Source: an uncultured cyanobacterium (GTDB taxonomy: Bacteria > Cyanobacteriota > Cyanobacteriia > Pseudanabaenales > Pseudanabaenaceae). Taken from it: DNA of 64,000 nucleotides. The notes under the pieces were generated by a model, which searched no databases, was not told the DNA's origin, and saw only the letters and a program-made list of their open reading frames with translations. The translations under genes and the position numbers were made by a program. The DNA lies in the NCBI GenBank assembly GCA_963703315.1, contig OY969811.1, forward strand, positions 352,001-416,000. The letters run 5' to 3'. How positions within the stretch are numbered: position 1 is the first letter of the stretch; each line of letters begins with the position of its first letter. Below are positions 38,035-47,759 of this stretch, in pieces.

Positions 38035-39633
38035 TTGAAAAATATAGTAAGTAACACAACAGGCAAAGTTTTTATTGTCGGCGCAGGAATTGGCGGCGTA
38101 GAATTCTTGACTGTTCGGGCTAGGGATTTGATTAGTACGGCTGAGGTAATTATTAGTGATGCGCTAGTCGATCGCAGTTTATTGGATTTGGCAGTACCTA
38201 CCGCCGATCTGATCATTGCTGGTAAACGGGGCGGACAGGAGAGCATTAAGCAAGCTGAAATCAATCAAATGCTGGTGGAGAAATGCTTACAGGGTAAGCA
38301 GGTGGTACGGCTCAAAAGCGGTGATCCTTGGATTTTTGGGCGATCGCTACCTGAGATATCCGCATTGCAAGCCGCCGATTGTGCATGGGAAGTAATTGCG
38401 GGAGTTTCCAGTGCGATCGCTGCGCCGATGTTGGCGGGTATACCACTTACGGAAGTAGATACAAGTTCTTGCTTTGCGGTGATGACAGGACATGATTTGA
38501 GTCGATTACCTTGGGAGGCGATCGCCAAAATTCCTACCTTAGTAATTTTGATGGGAACGAATAATCTGGGGGAATTGCTAGCAAAACTGAGTGATGGCAA
38601 ATCTGCGGATACAAATATTGCGATCGTGCGTTGGTGTGGACGACCTGAGCAACAGGTTTGGACAGGGACTGTGACGGATATTTCTGGAAAATTGCCCGCA
38701 GGATCGCTCTCACCATCGGTGATTATAGTGGGTGAAGTTGTCAAGTTTCATGGGCAGTTGAGTCAGGACTTGAATTTGAAGGTTGTTGCTCCGCCGAAGG
38801 CGGAGCAACAACCTTCTGTACTTCAAGAACAGGAACACTTACCATTGCAAGGCAGAACGATTTTAGTGACAAGGGCGGCGGGTCAGGCTAGCCAATTTAC
38901 AGATTTACTGATTAGTCAAGGAGCCTCAGTGATTGAGATGCCCACTTTAGCGATCGTGCCGCCGACTAGTTGGGAAATGCTTGATCAGGCGATCGCCCAG
39001 ATCTCTAATTATGATTGGCTAATTTTGACCTCTGCTAATGCCGTTGAGAGCTTTTTTGGACGCTTACGAGCATCAGGTCAAGACAGCCGTGCTTTACATT
39101 CCCTCAAAATCGCCGTAGTTGGGCGCAAGACTGCCGAAGTTCTTTCAAATTACGGAATTACGCCTGATTTAGTGCCAAATGACTTCATTGCTGATGCTTT
39201 AGTTGATGCTTTTCTGGCTATTCCCGATCATGTTTTAACTGGCAAAAGAATGTTATTTCCGCGAGTGCAGTCGGGGGGACGCGAGATTTTAGTGGAGCAG
39301 TTGCAACAACAGGGCGCAATTGTAGACGCGATTCCTGCCTACGAATCAGGCTGTCCTGAAGCGATCGATCCTGTCGCACTTGCAGCAATCCAAAATCAAA
39401 GACTAGATGCGATCGCCTTTGCTAGCTCCAAAACCGTGAAGCACTTTTGTCAATTACTGGATCAGATTGCTCCTAGACAAACTTGGCAGTCATGGATCAC
39501 CTCGGTGCAAATTGCTTCGATTGGTCCCCAGACCTCTAAAACTTGCCATGATTTGCTAGGACGAGTTGACTGTGAAGCGGTGGAATATACCCTAGAGGGT
39601 CTGGCTGAGGCGATCGGCAAAATCATTTTGTAG
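38035..39633 (+). CDS. Uroporphyrinogen-III C-methyltransferase / synthase fusion (CobA-HemD)
   Basis: VGAG.G, VVRLKSGDP.IFGR; C-terminal ILVTRA, LTSANAV, FASSKTV, SIGPQT. Confidence 0.92.
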   Translation: MKNIVSNTTGKVFIVGAGIGGVEFLTVRARDLISTAEVIISDALVDRSLLDLAVPTADLIIAGKRGGQESIKQAEINQMLVEKCLQGKQVVRLKSGDPWIFGRSLPEISALQAADCAWEVIAGVSSAIAAPMLAGIPLTEVDTSSCFAVMTGHDLSRLPWEAIAKIPTLVILMGTNNLGELLAKLSDGKSADTNIAIVRWCGRPEQQVWTGTVTDISGKLPAGSLSPSVIIVGEVVKFHGQLSQDLNLKVVAPPKAEQQPSVLQEQEHLPLQGRTILVTRAAGQASQFTDLLISQGASVIEMPTLAIVPPTSWEMLDQAIAQISNYDWLILTSANAVESFFGRLRASGQDSRALHSLKIAVVGRKTAEVLSNYGITPDLVPNDFIADALVDAFLAIPDHVLTGKRMLFPRVQSGGREILVEQLQQQGAIVDAIPAYESGCPEAIDPVALAAIQNQRLDAIAFASSKTVKHFCQLLDQIAPRQTWQSWITSVQIASIGPQTSKTCHDLLGRVDCEAVEYTLEGLAEAIGKIIL

Positions 39634-39819
39634 AGTTGCGCTGCAACTCTAGAGCTATAGCTCTTGGATGTCTAAAGATTACAAAAACAAGCAAATTCTG
39701 ACATTTACTAGTTTTTTTCATACAATAGATGAATAGGCTAAATAAGCACTTCTAAAATCGACACCACTTTTTTGTGAGATTAATTAGCTTAGTAGCACTT
39801 TTTATTGAGGCTGAATTGT

Positions 39820-40911
39820 ATGGAACTTGTTGCGTATCTTCACGGTGAAATGCTATGCGAACGCTTACAGCACGGAGAATCTATTGATCAGGTTTTAGAT
39901 TGCCAACTGCTTGAGGCGATCGCGAAGTCTTCCCATCATGCTAAGTCTGTGGCTTGCGTGGGACTAGCGGCGGGAATGATCGCCATTAATACGACCCCGA
40001 TCGCAGCTTTTGCCTACAGCCCTGATGTTGCTAATGTGCAGCAGCTATTAGCTAAACGCGGCTTTAACCCTGGGGCGATCGATGGCGTAAAAGGTACGGC
40101 AACCAAGGAAGCAATTATTGCCGCCCAAACATTTTATAAGCTAACTGCTGATGGTGTCGCTGGCGCACAAACTATAGCCGCTTTGGAAAATGATGGCTAC
40201 AGCGATGCAACTCAAACCATACCAACTAGCCCTAATTCATCGTCATCGGAAGCCGTAAAAAATGTACAGCAGTTGTTAAGCGCTCGTGGTTTTTATAGCG
40301 GCGCGATCGATGGTGTCAAAGGTCCCGCAACCACTGAAGCGATCATTGCCGCCCAAACATTTTATAAATTAACTGCGGATGGTGTAGCAGGAGCTCAAAC
40401 CATTGCTGCGTTGAGTGGTGATGGCTATGTTGGATCTAATGCTTCGTCCCCAGCCATATCAATTCTTCCTACATCATCGGATGCCGTCAAAAATTTGCAG
40501 CAATTACTCAGCGATCGCGGCTTTTACGGTGGGGCGATCGATGGTATCAAGGGACCGATGACCCAAGAAGCCGTGATTTTGGCTCAGAAAACCTATGGCT
40601 TAATTCCTGATGGTGTGGCGGGATCTTTGACAATTGCTGCCCTAGAAGCAGATAAGGCAGTCGGCAGTAATGTTGGCAATAATGTCGTGGCAATTAGTTA
40701 TAAGGAAAAAGCTAGCTCTACAACTGCAACCGTTGATAATGACCTCAAAAAAGTACAGGCACTTTTAAGTGAACTAAGTTTTTATGATGGCGCGATCGAT
40801 GGTGTTCAAGGTTCAAAAACCACTGAAGCAATCAAAAAAGCCCAGACTTTTTATAGCTTGCCCGTCACTGGTGTGCTTGATGCCCAGACTTTAGCTGCCC
40901 TGAAGTCCTAG
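39820..40911 (+). CDS. Peptidoglycan-binding repeat protein (four PG_binding_1-like domains)
   Basis: Four V..VQ.LL..RGF..GAIDG..G..T.EA...AQ..Y.L..DG units. Confidence 0.88.
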   Translation: MELVAYLHGEMLCERLQHGESIDQVLDCQLLEAIAKSSHHAKSVACVGLAAGMIAINTTPIAAFAYSPDVANVQQLLAKRGFNPGAIDGVKGTATKEAIIAAQTFYKLTADGVAGAQTIAALENDGYSDATQTIPTSPNSSSSEAVKNVQQLLSARGFYSGAIDGVKGPATTEAIIAAQTFYKLTADGVAGAQTIAALSGDGYVGSNASSPAISILPTSSDAVKNLQQLLSDRGFYGGAIDGIKGPMTQEAVILAQKTYGLIPDGVAGSLTIAALEADKAVGSNVGNNVVAISYKEKASSTTATVDNDLKKVQALLSELSFYDGAIDGVQGSKTTEAIKKAQTFYSLPVTGVLDAQTLAALKS

Positions 40912-40960
40912 ACTAGAAGGGGTGTGGCTTTGCGCCGCCCTTTCTAGTAGCAAGTAATCT

Positions 40961-41740
40961 ATGAACGCTGTAATTGATCTTGATATTCCCAAAATGGCGA
41001 TCGCCCTCGGTATGGTGGCGATCGCCATTAGTTTCTCGGTCTGGCAAAAATTAGCGATCGCCAAGAATTTAATCATTGCCACATTTCGCAGCATCATTCA
41101 GCTAATCGTGGTGGGATTTTTACTGGATGCCGTATTTGAAATCAAACAGCCTGTAGTAATCCTATTCATTATTTTATTAATGAGCCTCATGGCAGCCCGT
41201 GAAGCCAAAAACCGTGTCCGTGAAAAAGTGCCTTATGTGCTGCCGATTATGTGGATATCGGTTATTGTCGGCACATTGGCTATTCTCGCCTACACCACAT
41301 TTTTAGTCGTGCAACCTGATACTTGGTATGCACCGCAATATTTGATTCCCCTCGCAGGGATGATTTTAGGTAATTCGATGAATGGCGCAGCGATCGCCGC
41401 CGAGAGATTTACACAGGATTTAGTCAAGCGATCGCGGGAAATCGAGACCCATTTATGTTTGGGCGCAACACCACAACAGGCGATCGCCAATTACCAATCT
41501 GAGGCAATTAGAGCCGCAATGATTCCCACAATTAACGTGATGATGGTCGCGGGTGTTGTTTCATTACCGGGGATGATGACGGGACAGATTTTAGGTGGGG
41601 TATCACCATTATTAGCCGTACGCTATCAACTAGTCATTTTATTTGCTGTCACCACAGCCAACCTAATCACCGCTTTAATATTGACTAATCTCGTGAGCCG
41701 TCAGTTTTTTACGCCTGCCCAACAACTTCGCCTTCCCTAG
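40961..41740 (+). CDS. Iron export ABC permease, FetB/YbbM (UPF0014) family
   Basis: R..IQL..VG, IPLAGMILGNSM, VSLPGMMTGQILGG.SP..AVRYQ. Confidence 0.9.
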   Translation: MNAVIDLDIPKMAIALGMVAIAISFSVWQKLAIAKNLIIATFRSIIQLIVVGFLLDAVFEIKQPVVILFIILLMSLMAAREAKNRVREKVPYVLPIMWISVIVGTLAILAYTTFLVVQPDTWYAPQYLIPLAGMILGNSMNGAAIAAERFTQDLVKRSREIETHLCLGATPQQAIANYQSEAIRAAMIPTINVMMVAGVVSLPGMMTGQILGGVSPLLAVRYQLVILFAVTTANLITALILTNLVSRQFFTPAQQLRLP

Positions 41741-41857
41741 GATTGTTTTCTCGCCGAAGGCGAGCAAGCAATTCCATAATATAGACATAAAACCCAAAAG
41801 AGAGTTGCGGCGCGTAGCGCCGCAACTCTCTTTTGGGTTTTGGTACAGCTATATTGT

Positions 41858-42304
41858 TTAGATTCCTAACTGTCGTCTAGCTTCAAACAATCCCAGAGCT
41901 GCACTCACAGACAAATTGAGACTACGAACTTTAGTATTTTCCATAGGAATATAGACCGCAGGATGATTACTCAGAACTTCTGCTGGTAAACCACTAGATT
42001 CACTGCCAAATAAAAGCCAATCGTGATCTTGAAATTGAAATTCGCGAAAATGCTTTGCGCCGCGAGCGCTAAAACAAACCCATCGCCCGCCTTTAGATGC
42101 TTCACGTAAAGATTCGATATTTGGATGCACAGTCACGTTTACATAGTCCCAATAATCTATGCCTGCGCGTTTGAGTTGGCGATCGCTAATTTCAAAGCCC
42201 AGAGGCTCAACTAAATGCAAATGTGTATTCGTAGCGGCACAGGTACGAGCGATATTGCCAGTATTAGGCGGAATTTCAGGATAGATAAGAGCGACTTGCA
42301 GCAT
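41858..42304 (-). CDS. trmL: tRNA (cytidine34-2'-O)-methyltransferase
   Basis: PEIPPNTGNIARTC, KRAGIDYW, FGSESSGLP, RSLNLS. Confidence 0.95.
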   Translation of the reverse strand: MLQVALIYPEIPPNTGNIARTCAATNTHLHLVEPLGFEISDRQLKRAGIDYWDYVNVTVHPNIESLREASKGGRWVCFSARGAKHFREFQFQDHDWLLFGSESSGLPAEVLSNHPAVYIPMENTKVRSLNLSVSAALGLFEARRQLGI

Positions 42305-42427
42305 TGACTATAGCTATATTTAAAGACTGTGTTATTAGCACAGTCTTTAAATATAGCGCTTTTCAAGCAAGCGATGTATAGAGGATTATTTCCCCGCCGA
42401 AGGCGGGGAAATAATTACGAAAATTTA

Positions 42428-42823
42428 TTAACGCTTGGTGCGTTTTTCAATATCTTCAAGAGTTTGTAAGACAAGGCGCTTAGCTTGTAGTTTCCAACCC
42501 CATTTCTGAACAGCGATCGCTACACCCGTACCAATAACAGTGGCAATGAAATCTACTGGTTGTTCCATCGATATACCCAGCAATAACCCTAGCCCTGCAA
42601 TCCCCCAAAAAGGTAAAGATACGGACTGGCGATTTTTTTCTACCATTTGACTAATATTATCGGTCGGCATCGTGGCGATTAGCTCAGCTTTTGCTTGCTT
42701 TTGTTCTGATGCACTGAGGGATAAGCCAAACTTTTGGCGCAATTTTTCAATTTTACGGGCGGTGGTGCTGTACTGCACTAACTCATCTTCCGCCATAAGA
42801 ATTAGACGCTCTAACTTTGCCAT
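42428..42823 (-). CDS. Conserved hypothetical membrane protein
   Basis: Clean ORF directly downstream of hemH; two TM segments (LPFWGIAGLGLLLG). Confidence 0.75.
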   Translation of the reverse strand: MAKLERLILMAEDELVQYSTTARKIEKLRQKFGLSLSASEQKQAKAELIATMPTDNISQMVEKNRQSVSLPFWGIAGLGLLLGISMEQPVDFIATVIGTGVAIAVQKWGWKLQAKRLVLQTLEDIEKRTKR

Positions 42824-42842
42824 TGGTCAATTTGGATTAATT

Positions 42843-43994
42843 TTATTGAAAGATTTGTCCTCGTCCTAGCCACAGTTCTAATAGCAAAATTAGAAACCCT
42901 AGCATGGCGAAGCGTCCATTCCACACTTCGGCAGATTGGGTCATACCCCACTCCCAACGCTCTTGAGGATAGAGCTTCGTATTCTTTTGCGGTTGGATCG
43001 TTTCCGCAAAAGTAATGGGGCGATCGCTTACAGCTTTATTCACCACATCGGCTAGGGCTTGAATAAAGGTAGGGTCAGTATCGGGGGCAGGAACTCTGGC
43101 AAAGGTTTCAATACCAGCGTGTTCCGCGATCTCACGATATTCCATATCGATTTCTTCGAGGGTTTCGATATGCTCAGATACAAAGCTAATTGGCACTACG
43201 ACTAATTCTTTCACACCCTGTGCCGCTAGTTCTTCGATCGCCACATCGGTATAGGGCTGCAACCACTCAACAGGTCCCACACGACTTTGATAGGCGAGTT
43301 TGTAAGGATTAGGACGATTGAGCTTTTGCATGATTAACGCCGCACAAGCTTCGATTTCCTTCTGATAGGGATCGCCTGCTTCTTCGATATAGCTCACAGG
43401 CACACCATGAGCGCTGAAAAATATATAGGCTTCGCTAGGATTTTTAACTTGATCGAGCTTATTAGCGATTAGGTTTGCCATTGATTGCAAGTAGGCAGCA
43501 TTGTCATACCAAGAAGGGACAACGGTATATTTGATTTTTTGTAAGTCAGGATCGGTTTTCCAAATGCGATCTAGTAAGCGAAAGCTAGAACCTGTGGTAC
43601 TAATCGAAAACTGGGGATATAGAGGCAAAATTACCAATTCTTCAATTTTGTCCCGTTTGATTTGGGCGATCGCCTCTTCAGTGAAAGGATGCCAGTAGCG
43701 CATTCCTAAATAAACATGAGCATCATGACCATTTTGTTGAAGCTGCGATCGCAGAGCTTGTCCTTGAGCTTCAGTAATACGTCTGAGTGGTGAGCCACCA
43801 CCAATTTTTTTGTAATTTTCTTGAGATTTTTTGGCGCGAAGAGTTGAAATCAACCAAGCTAGGGGCGCTTGCAGCAATGGTGAGGGTAAGCGAATAATTT
43901 CTGGGTCAGAAAATAAGTTATACAAAAATGGGCGGACATCTTCTATTTTGTCGGGTCCACCGAGGTTGAGCAGTAAAACTCCTAATCGCCCCAT
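42843..43994 (-). CDS. hemH: Ferrochelatase with C-terminal CAB domain
   Basis: [49 protein letters not shown] motif. Confidence 0.97.
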   Translation of the reverse strand: MGRLGVLLLNLGGPDKIEDVRPFLYNLFSDPEIIRLPSPLLQAPLAWLISTLRAKKSQENYKKIGGGSPLRRITEAQGQALRSQLQQNGHDAHVYLGMRYWHPFTEEAIAQIKRDKIEELVILPLYPQFSISTTGSSFRLLDRIWKTDPDLQKIKYTVVPSWYDNAAYLQSMANLIANKLDQVKNPSEAYIFFSAHGVPVSYIEEAGDPYQKEIEACAALIMQKLNRPNPYKLAYQSRVGPVEWLQPYTDVAIEELAAQGVKELVVVPISFVSEHIETLEEIDMEYREIAEHAGIETFARVPAPDTDPTFIQALADVVNKAVSDRPITFAETIQPQKNTKLYPQERWEWGMTQSAEVWNGRFAMLGFLILLLELWLGRGQIFQ

Positions 43995-44186
43995 ATCAAT
44001 CGCTATGTCCTTGTATCATTGGATGAGTCTCACTAATTATAGCTACCGTCAGGAGCGTTACGCAGTTTTAGGCGAATAAACTTAGAACTTACGCAAACAA
44101 ACCAAGAACTCAAGTTCTGGGCTGCGAAGCTAAAGTCAGCTAAAGCAGACTAAGAAACGTCCTCTGATTAACTCGTTTCAACAGGT

Positions 44187-44963
44187 TTAAGCTTTCAGCC
44201 CGTAATTTATTACAGGGCTATTGCTTGTTTGTAACCATGCGATCGCCTGTTGAATACTAGTTACTTTGTCACCTTCAGGCATCTGCGGACGCTGCACCAT
44301 AATGATCGGAATCCCCAGTTCCCTTGCGGCGACGATCTTGGCATAGGTCGCATCACCGCCACTATTCTTACTGACGATCGCTTGAATTTGGTATTCTCGC
44401 AATAATTGCCGTTCTTGTTCTAAATTAAAAGGTCCGCGATCAAGCAGTAATTGACTATTGGACAGTGTCAGATCAGGCGGATCGATGGAACGGATGAGAT
44501 ACCAAGTGTCTGGATAACTATGCGATCGCTGCAAAAATGGCTCTAGTTGTTGTCGTCCTGATGTGATAAATACGCGCTTTACTGATTCAGGAATTGCTTC
44601 GGCGGCAGCTTCCACAGTTTCGACTTCAATCCAATGATCGCCAGCTACTTTTTCCCATTGCGGACGTACAAGCATGAGGTGCGGGATGTTCACAATTTTG
44701 GCAGCGATCGCCCCATTGATCGTAATTTGCCCCGCACAGGGATGGGTCACATCGATTAACAAATCAATACTATTTGCTCGTAAATAATTTGCCAATCCTT
44801 CCGCACCGCCAAAACCACCGATGCGAACTTGTCCAACGAGGGCGGCTGGCTTTTTAGTGCGCCCTGCGAGGGAACTAATCACTTCGATTTCGGGAATAGT
44901 GGCAAGCTTGGCAGCAAGTTTTACCGCATCTCCAGTACCACCTAAAATGAGAATTTTTTTCAT
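44187..44963 (-). CDS. cobK: Precorrin-6A / cobalt-precorrin-6A reductase
   Basis: ILILGGT, SLAGRT, GGFGG..GL, D.THP.A, KNSGG..TYAK. Confidence 0.93.
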   Translation of the reverse strand: MKKILILGGTGDAVKLAAKLATIPEIEVISSLAGRTKKPAALVGQVRIGGFGGAEGLANYLRANSIDLLIDVTHPCAGQITINGAIAAKIVNIPHLMLVRPQWEKVAGDHWIEVETVEAAAEAIPESVKRVFITSGRQQLEPFLQRSHSYPDTWYLIRSIDPPDLTLSNSQLLLDRGPFNLEQERQLLREYQIQAIVSKNSGGDATYAKIVAARELGIPIIMVQRPQMPEGDKVTSIQQAIAWLQTSNSPVINYGLKA

Positions 44964-45032
44964 GATGGATAATATCAAGAACCGATTGTTTGTGGTGCGG
45001 CGTAGCCGTGCCATAAACAATCTGCTTCTTTA

Positions 45033-45365
45033 CTAAACGTCTTGGTCTGATGCATCTAAAAGTCCTAACCTCAATAGTTTTTTCGCTAAAACATACGCAT
45101 CTTGCTTACTACCATCTTTACGAATGCCGAGGGCAACAACTAGAACTGTTACTTGAGCTTGTTCAATTTTATAGATGATGCGATATCTTTGCCCAACTGC
45201 TCGCACACTATAGTAACCATCTAATTCGCCTAGTAATGGTTTTCCCTGCATCTCAGGTGATTCGCTGAGTTTATCAATGCGATCGCTAATTTTTTGACGG
45301 ATACGGCGATCGCTGATGTCTTGCAACAACTGGAAAGCTGTGGGTTGAATGACAATCCGATACAT
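45033..45365 (-). CDS. RelE/ParE family toxin
   Basis: GKPL.GELDGYYSVR...RYRIIY...V.LG.R; TGATG coupling with the antitoxin. Confidence 0.9.
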   Translation of the reverse strand: MYRIVIQPTAFQLLQDISDRRIRQKISDRIDKLSESPEMQGKPLLGELDGYYSVRAVGQRYRIIYKIEQAQVTVLVVALGIRKDGSKQDAYVLAKKLLRLGLLDASDQDV

Positions 45366-45634
45366 CACAGATTCAAGTCTCGTTTAGCAGATTCCCAATC
45401 TATTCCTTGCTCTGCTTTTGCCTCTGCAATTCCCTGACGCAAGTTAGTCATGAGATTCGCATCACCTAAAATGTCTAAGGTTTCGAGGATGGACTCGTAA
45501 TGTTGCCATGTCATCACCGCTAAGACAGGTTTACCTCTACGGGTAATGGCAAGGGTATTGCCATCTTGAGCCAACTTTTCAGGTAGAGAGGTTAGCTCAT
45601 GCCTTGCCTCGGTAATGGGAATGTTAGATAGCAT
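45365..45634 (-). CDS. Phd/YefM family antitoxin
   Basis: IPITEAR, ITRRGKPVLAVM, YESILETLDIL. Confidence 0.9.
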   Translation of the reverse strand: MLSNIPITEARHELTSLPEKLAQDGNTLAITRRGKPVLAVMTWQHYESILETLDILGDANLMTNLRQGIAEAKAEQGIDWESAKRDLNL

Positions 45635-45651
45635 GATTTTGAGAATTTGTC

Positions 45652-45669
45652 TGTACATTTAAGTGTACA
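45652..45669. promoter_or_regulatory. Probable TA autoregulatory operator, two TGTACA palindromes 12 bp apart
   Basis: TGTACA-tttaag-TGTACA 17 nt upstream of the antitoxin start; matches the yefM-yoeB operator architecture as I recall it. Confidence 0.65.
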
Positions 45670-45709
45670 ACTAATTTCATTAAAACCCAAGAAGTTAGTT
45701 TGCTGTAGC

Positions 45710-45843
45710 TGTAGGATGTGTTAGCGATAGCGTAACGCATCATTTGCGGTCATTGAGTTCGTTACTAATCCGATGAACCCCAAGAAGTTCGCGGCTCATT
45801 TGTGGTTATTGAGTGCGTTACGCTGACGCTAACACACCCTACG
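45710..45843. repeat. REPIN-like inverted pair of GTAG-type REPs
   Basis: GTAGGATGTGTTAGCG..CGTAACGCA ... TGCGTTACG..CGCTAACACACCCTAC, with an internal CATTTG.GGT.ATTGAGT duplication. Confidence 0.65.
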
Positions 45844-45918
45844 ATAGCTATAGCTATAAATGTCTTGAAGCGTGATATTTTAACTTGAGATGCCTAAGAT
45901 ATACCACACTTAAAAATC

Positions 45919-47685
45919 ATGCTGCTTGAAGTTGAAAATTTGACTGTCCGTTATGGCGATGCAGAGCCTGCGGTCGATCGCGTTACTTTTCATTTACAAG
46001 CAGGTGAAGCCCTTGGATTAATTGGTGAAAGCGGTTGTGGTAAATCGACAATTGGGCGATCGCTGATTAAACTACTGCCCCAATATGCCAGTACAGAAGG
46101 GACGATTTGCGTCGATGGTGAAGCGATCGCTGAGAAAAAAGATGGCAGATGGCGCGGCGAAAAAGTTGGCTTAATTTTTCAAGATCCGATGACGCGGCTC
46201 GATCCCTTGATGAGTATCGAAGCTCATGGTTTAGAAGTACTGGCTTCCCATTACCCCAAAATCTCGGCACATTCGGCAAAGCAAAGAGTATCTGAAGCCC
46301 TGCGATCAGTTCGCATCGACCCATCACGCGCTAAGCAATATCCCCATGAATTTAGCGGCGGGATGCGTCAAAGGGTAGCGATCGCTCTATCCCTATTGCT
46401 CAATCCTGTCCTATTAATTGCCGATGAGCCAACTACGAGCCTTGATGTCACCGTTGCTACTGATATCCTCAAAGAGCTAACTGTACTTCGCAAAACCCGC
46501 TCTATGGGATTATTGCTAGTTACCCATGACCTCGGCATGGTTGCTGAATATTGCGATCGCATTGCAGTCATGTATAACGGGGCGATCGTGGAAACAGGAA
46601 CCGTTGCCGATATTTTCCAGTCACCGCAACATCCCTATACCCAAAGCCTATTGGCTTCTGTATTGCACTTTAATCCTGAAAGTTTAGTACCTAGCCAAAA
46701 TATTACAGAAGTTCCAGATCAAGAAATTCCAGATCAAGAAATTCCAGAAACTATCTCACAGGAAACTTCTTCAGAAAATCAAACAGAAAATCCAGAACTT
46801 GAGAATATCTCAGATTCTCCCACTCAAGATGCTGTAATCACAGAGGTAATTATTCCTAAGCAAGCAAAACCTAGAGTAATTCTGTATGTAAATCAGCTTA
46901 GAAAGCATTATGTTACTGGCGGAAATCCGATCAGTCGCTTGATTGATCCTGCGATCGGACTGGTTAAAGCCGTCGATAATATTGATTTAGAAATATTTTC
47001 AGGAGAGATTTTTGGCATTATTGGTGAAAGTGGCTCTGGCAAAAGTACGACAGGTCGAGCAATTTTGCAATTGATTAAACCCGATCGCGGTTCCGTGCGA
47101 TTTAATAGTGTGGAACTCACTCAACTCAAAGGTGAAAAATTGCGCCAAATGCGATCGCAGATGCAAATGATCTTTCAAGATCCTCGCGCTTGTTTCAGTC
47201 CCTACATGAGTGTATTTCGTAGCGTTGCCGATCCCTTATTAATTCACAAACTTGTCCCTAATCTAGAAGCTGCTAGGGAAAAAGTTGAAGCAATTCTCGA
47301 AAAAGTAGGACTGAGTTCGGAATTATCAGAACGCTATCCTTCTGATTTATCAGGTGGTCAGTTGCAACGGGTGGCGATCGCCCGCGCCTTGATTACCAAT
47401 CCTAAATTTGTGATTTGCGATGAGCCAGTGAGTATGCTTGACGCTTCGATTCAGAGCCAAGTTTTGCAACTAATGCGCGACCTCAAAGAAGAATTTAAAC
47501 TGACTTATATATTTATTACCCATGACCTAGCTGTTGCCCAATTTTTCTGCGATCGCATTGCGGTGATGCGTAACGGTAAAATCGTAGAGCAGGGCAGTAC
47601 TAACGACGTGTTGACTAATCCACAGGATGAATACACCAAGTCTCTAATCACTTCGATTCCACGTATTCCACATATAAACAGCTAA
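45919..47685 (+). CDS. Dual-domain ABC ATPase (dipeptide/oligopeptide/nickel family)
   Basis: Two GESG.GKST Walker A motifs, FSGGMRQR / LSGGQLQR, HPYT; acidic low-complexity linker. Confidence 0.93.
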   Translation: MLLEVENLTVRYGDAEPAVDRVTFHLQAGEALGLIGESGCGKSTIGRSLIKLLPQYASTEGTICVDGEAIAEKKDGRWRGEKVGLIFQDPMTRLDPLMSIEAHGLEVLASHYPKISAHSAKQRVSEALRSVRIDPSRAKQYPHEFSGGMRQRVAIALSLLLNPVLLIADEPTTSLDVTVATDILKELTVLRKTRSMGLLLVTHDLGMVAEYCDRIAVMYNGAIVETGTVADIFQSPQHPYTQSLLASVLHFNPESLVPSQNITEVPDQEIPDQEIPETISQETSSENQTENPELENISDSPTQDAVITEVIIPKQAKPRVILYVNQLRKHYVTGGNPISRLIDPAIGLVKAVDNIDLEIFSGEIFGIIGESGSGKSTTGRAILQLIKPDRGSVRFNSVELTQLKGEKLRQMRSQMQMIFQDPRACFSPYMSVFRSVADPLLIHKLVPNLEAAREKVEAILEKVGLSSELSERYPSDLSGGQLQRVAIARALITNPKFVICDEPVSMLDASIQSQVLQLMRDLKEEFKLTYIFITHDLAVAQFFCDRIAVMRNGKIVEQGSTNDVLTNPQDEYTKSLITSIPRIPHINS

Positions 47686-47759
47686 ACCAAATAATTTTAA
47701 AAAGCCTTGCAAAGCTTTGAAAAAATTATTTGATTATTATTCATTTGCAACCCGCGACA

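Noticed and set aside
46712..46750. 15-nt tandem repeat in the ABC ATPase linker
   Set aside because: Ordinary in-frame low-complexity linker (PDQEI).
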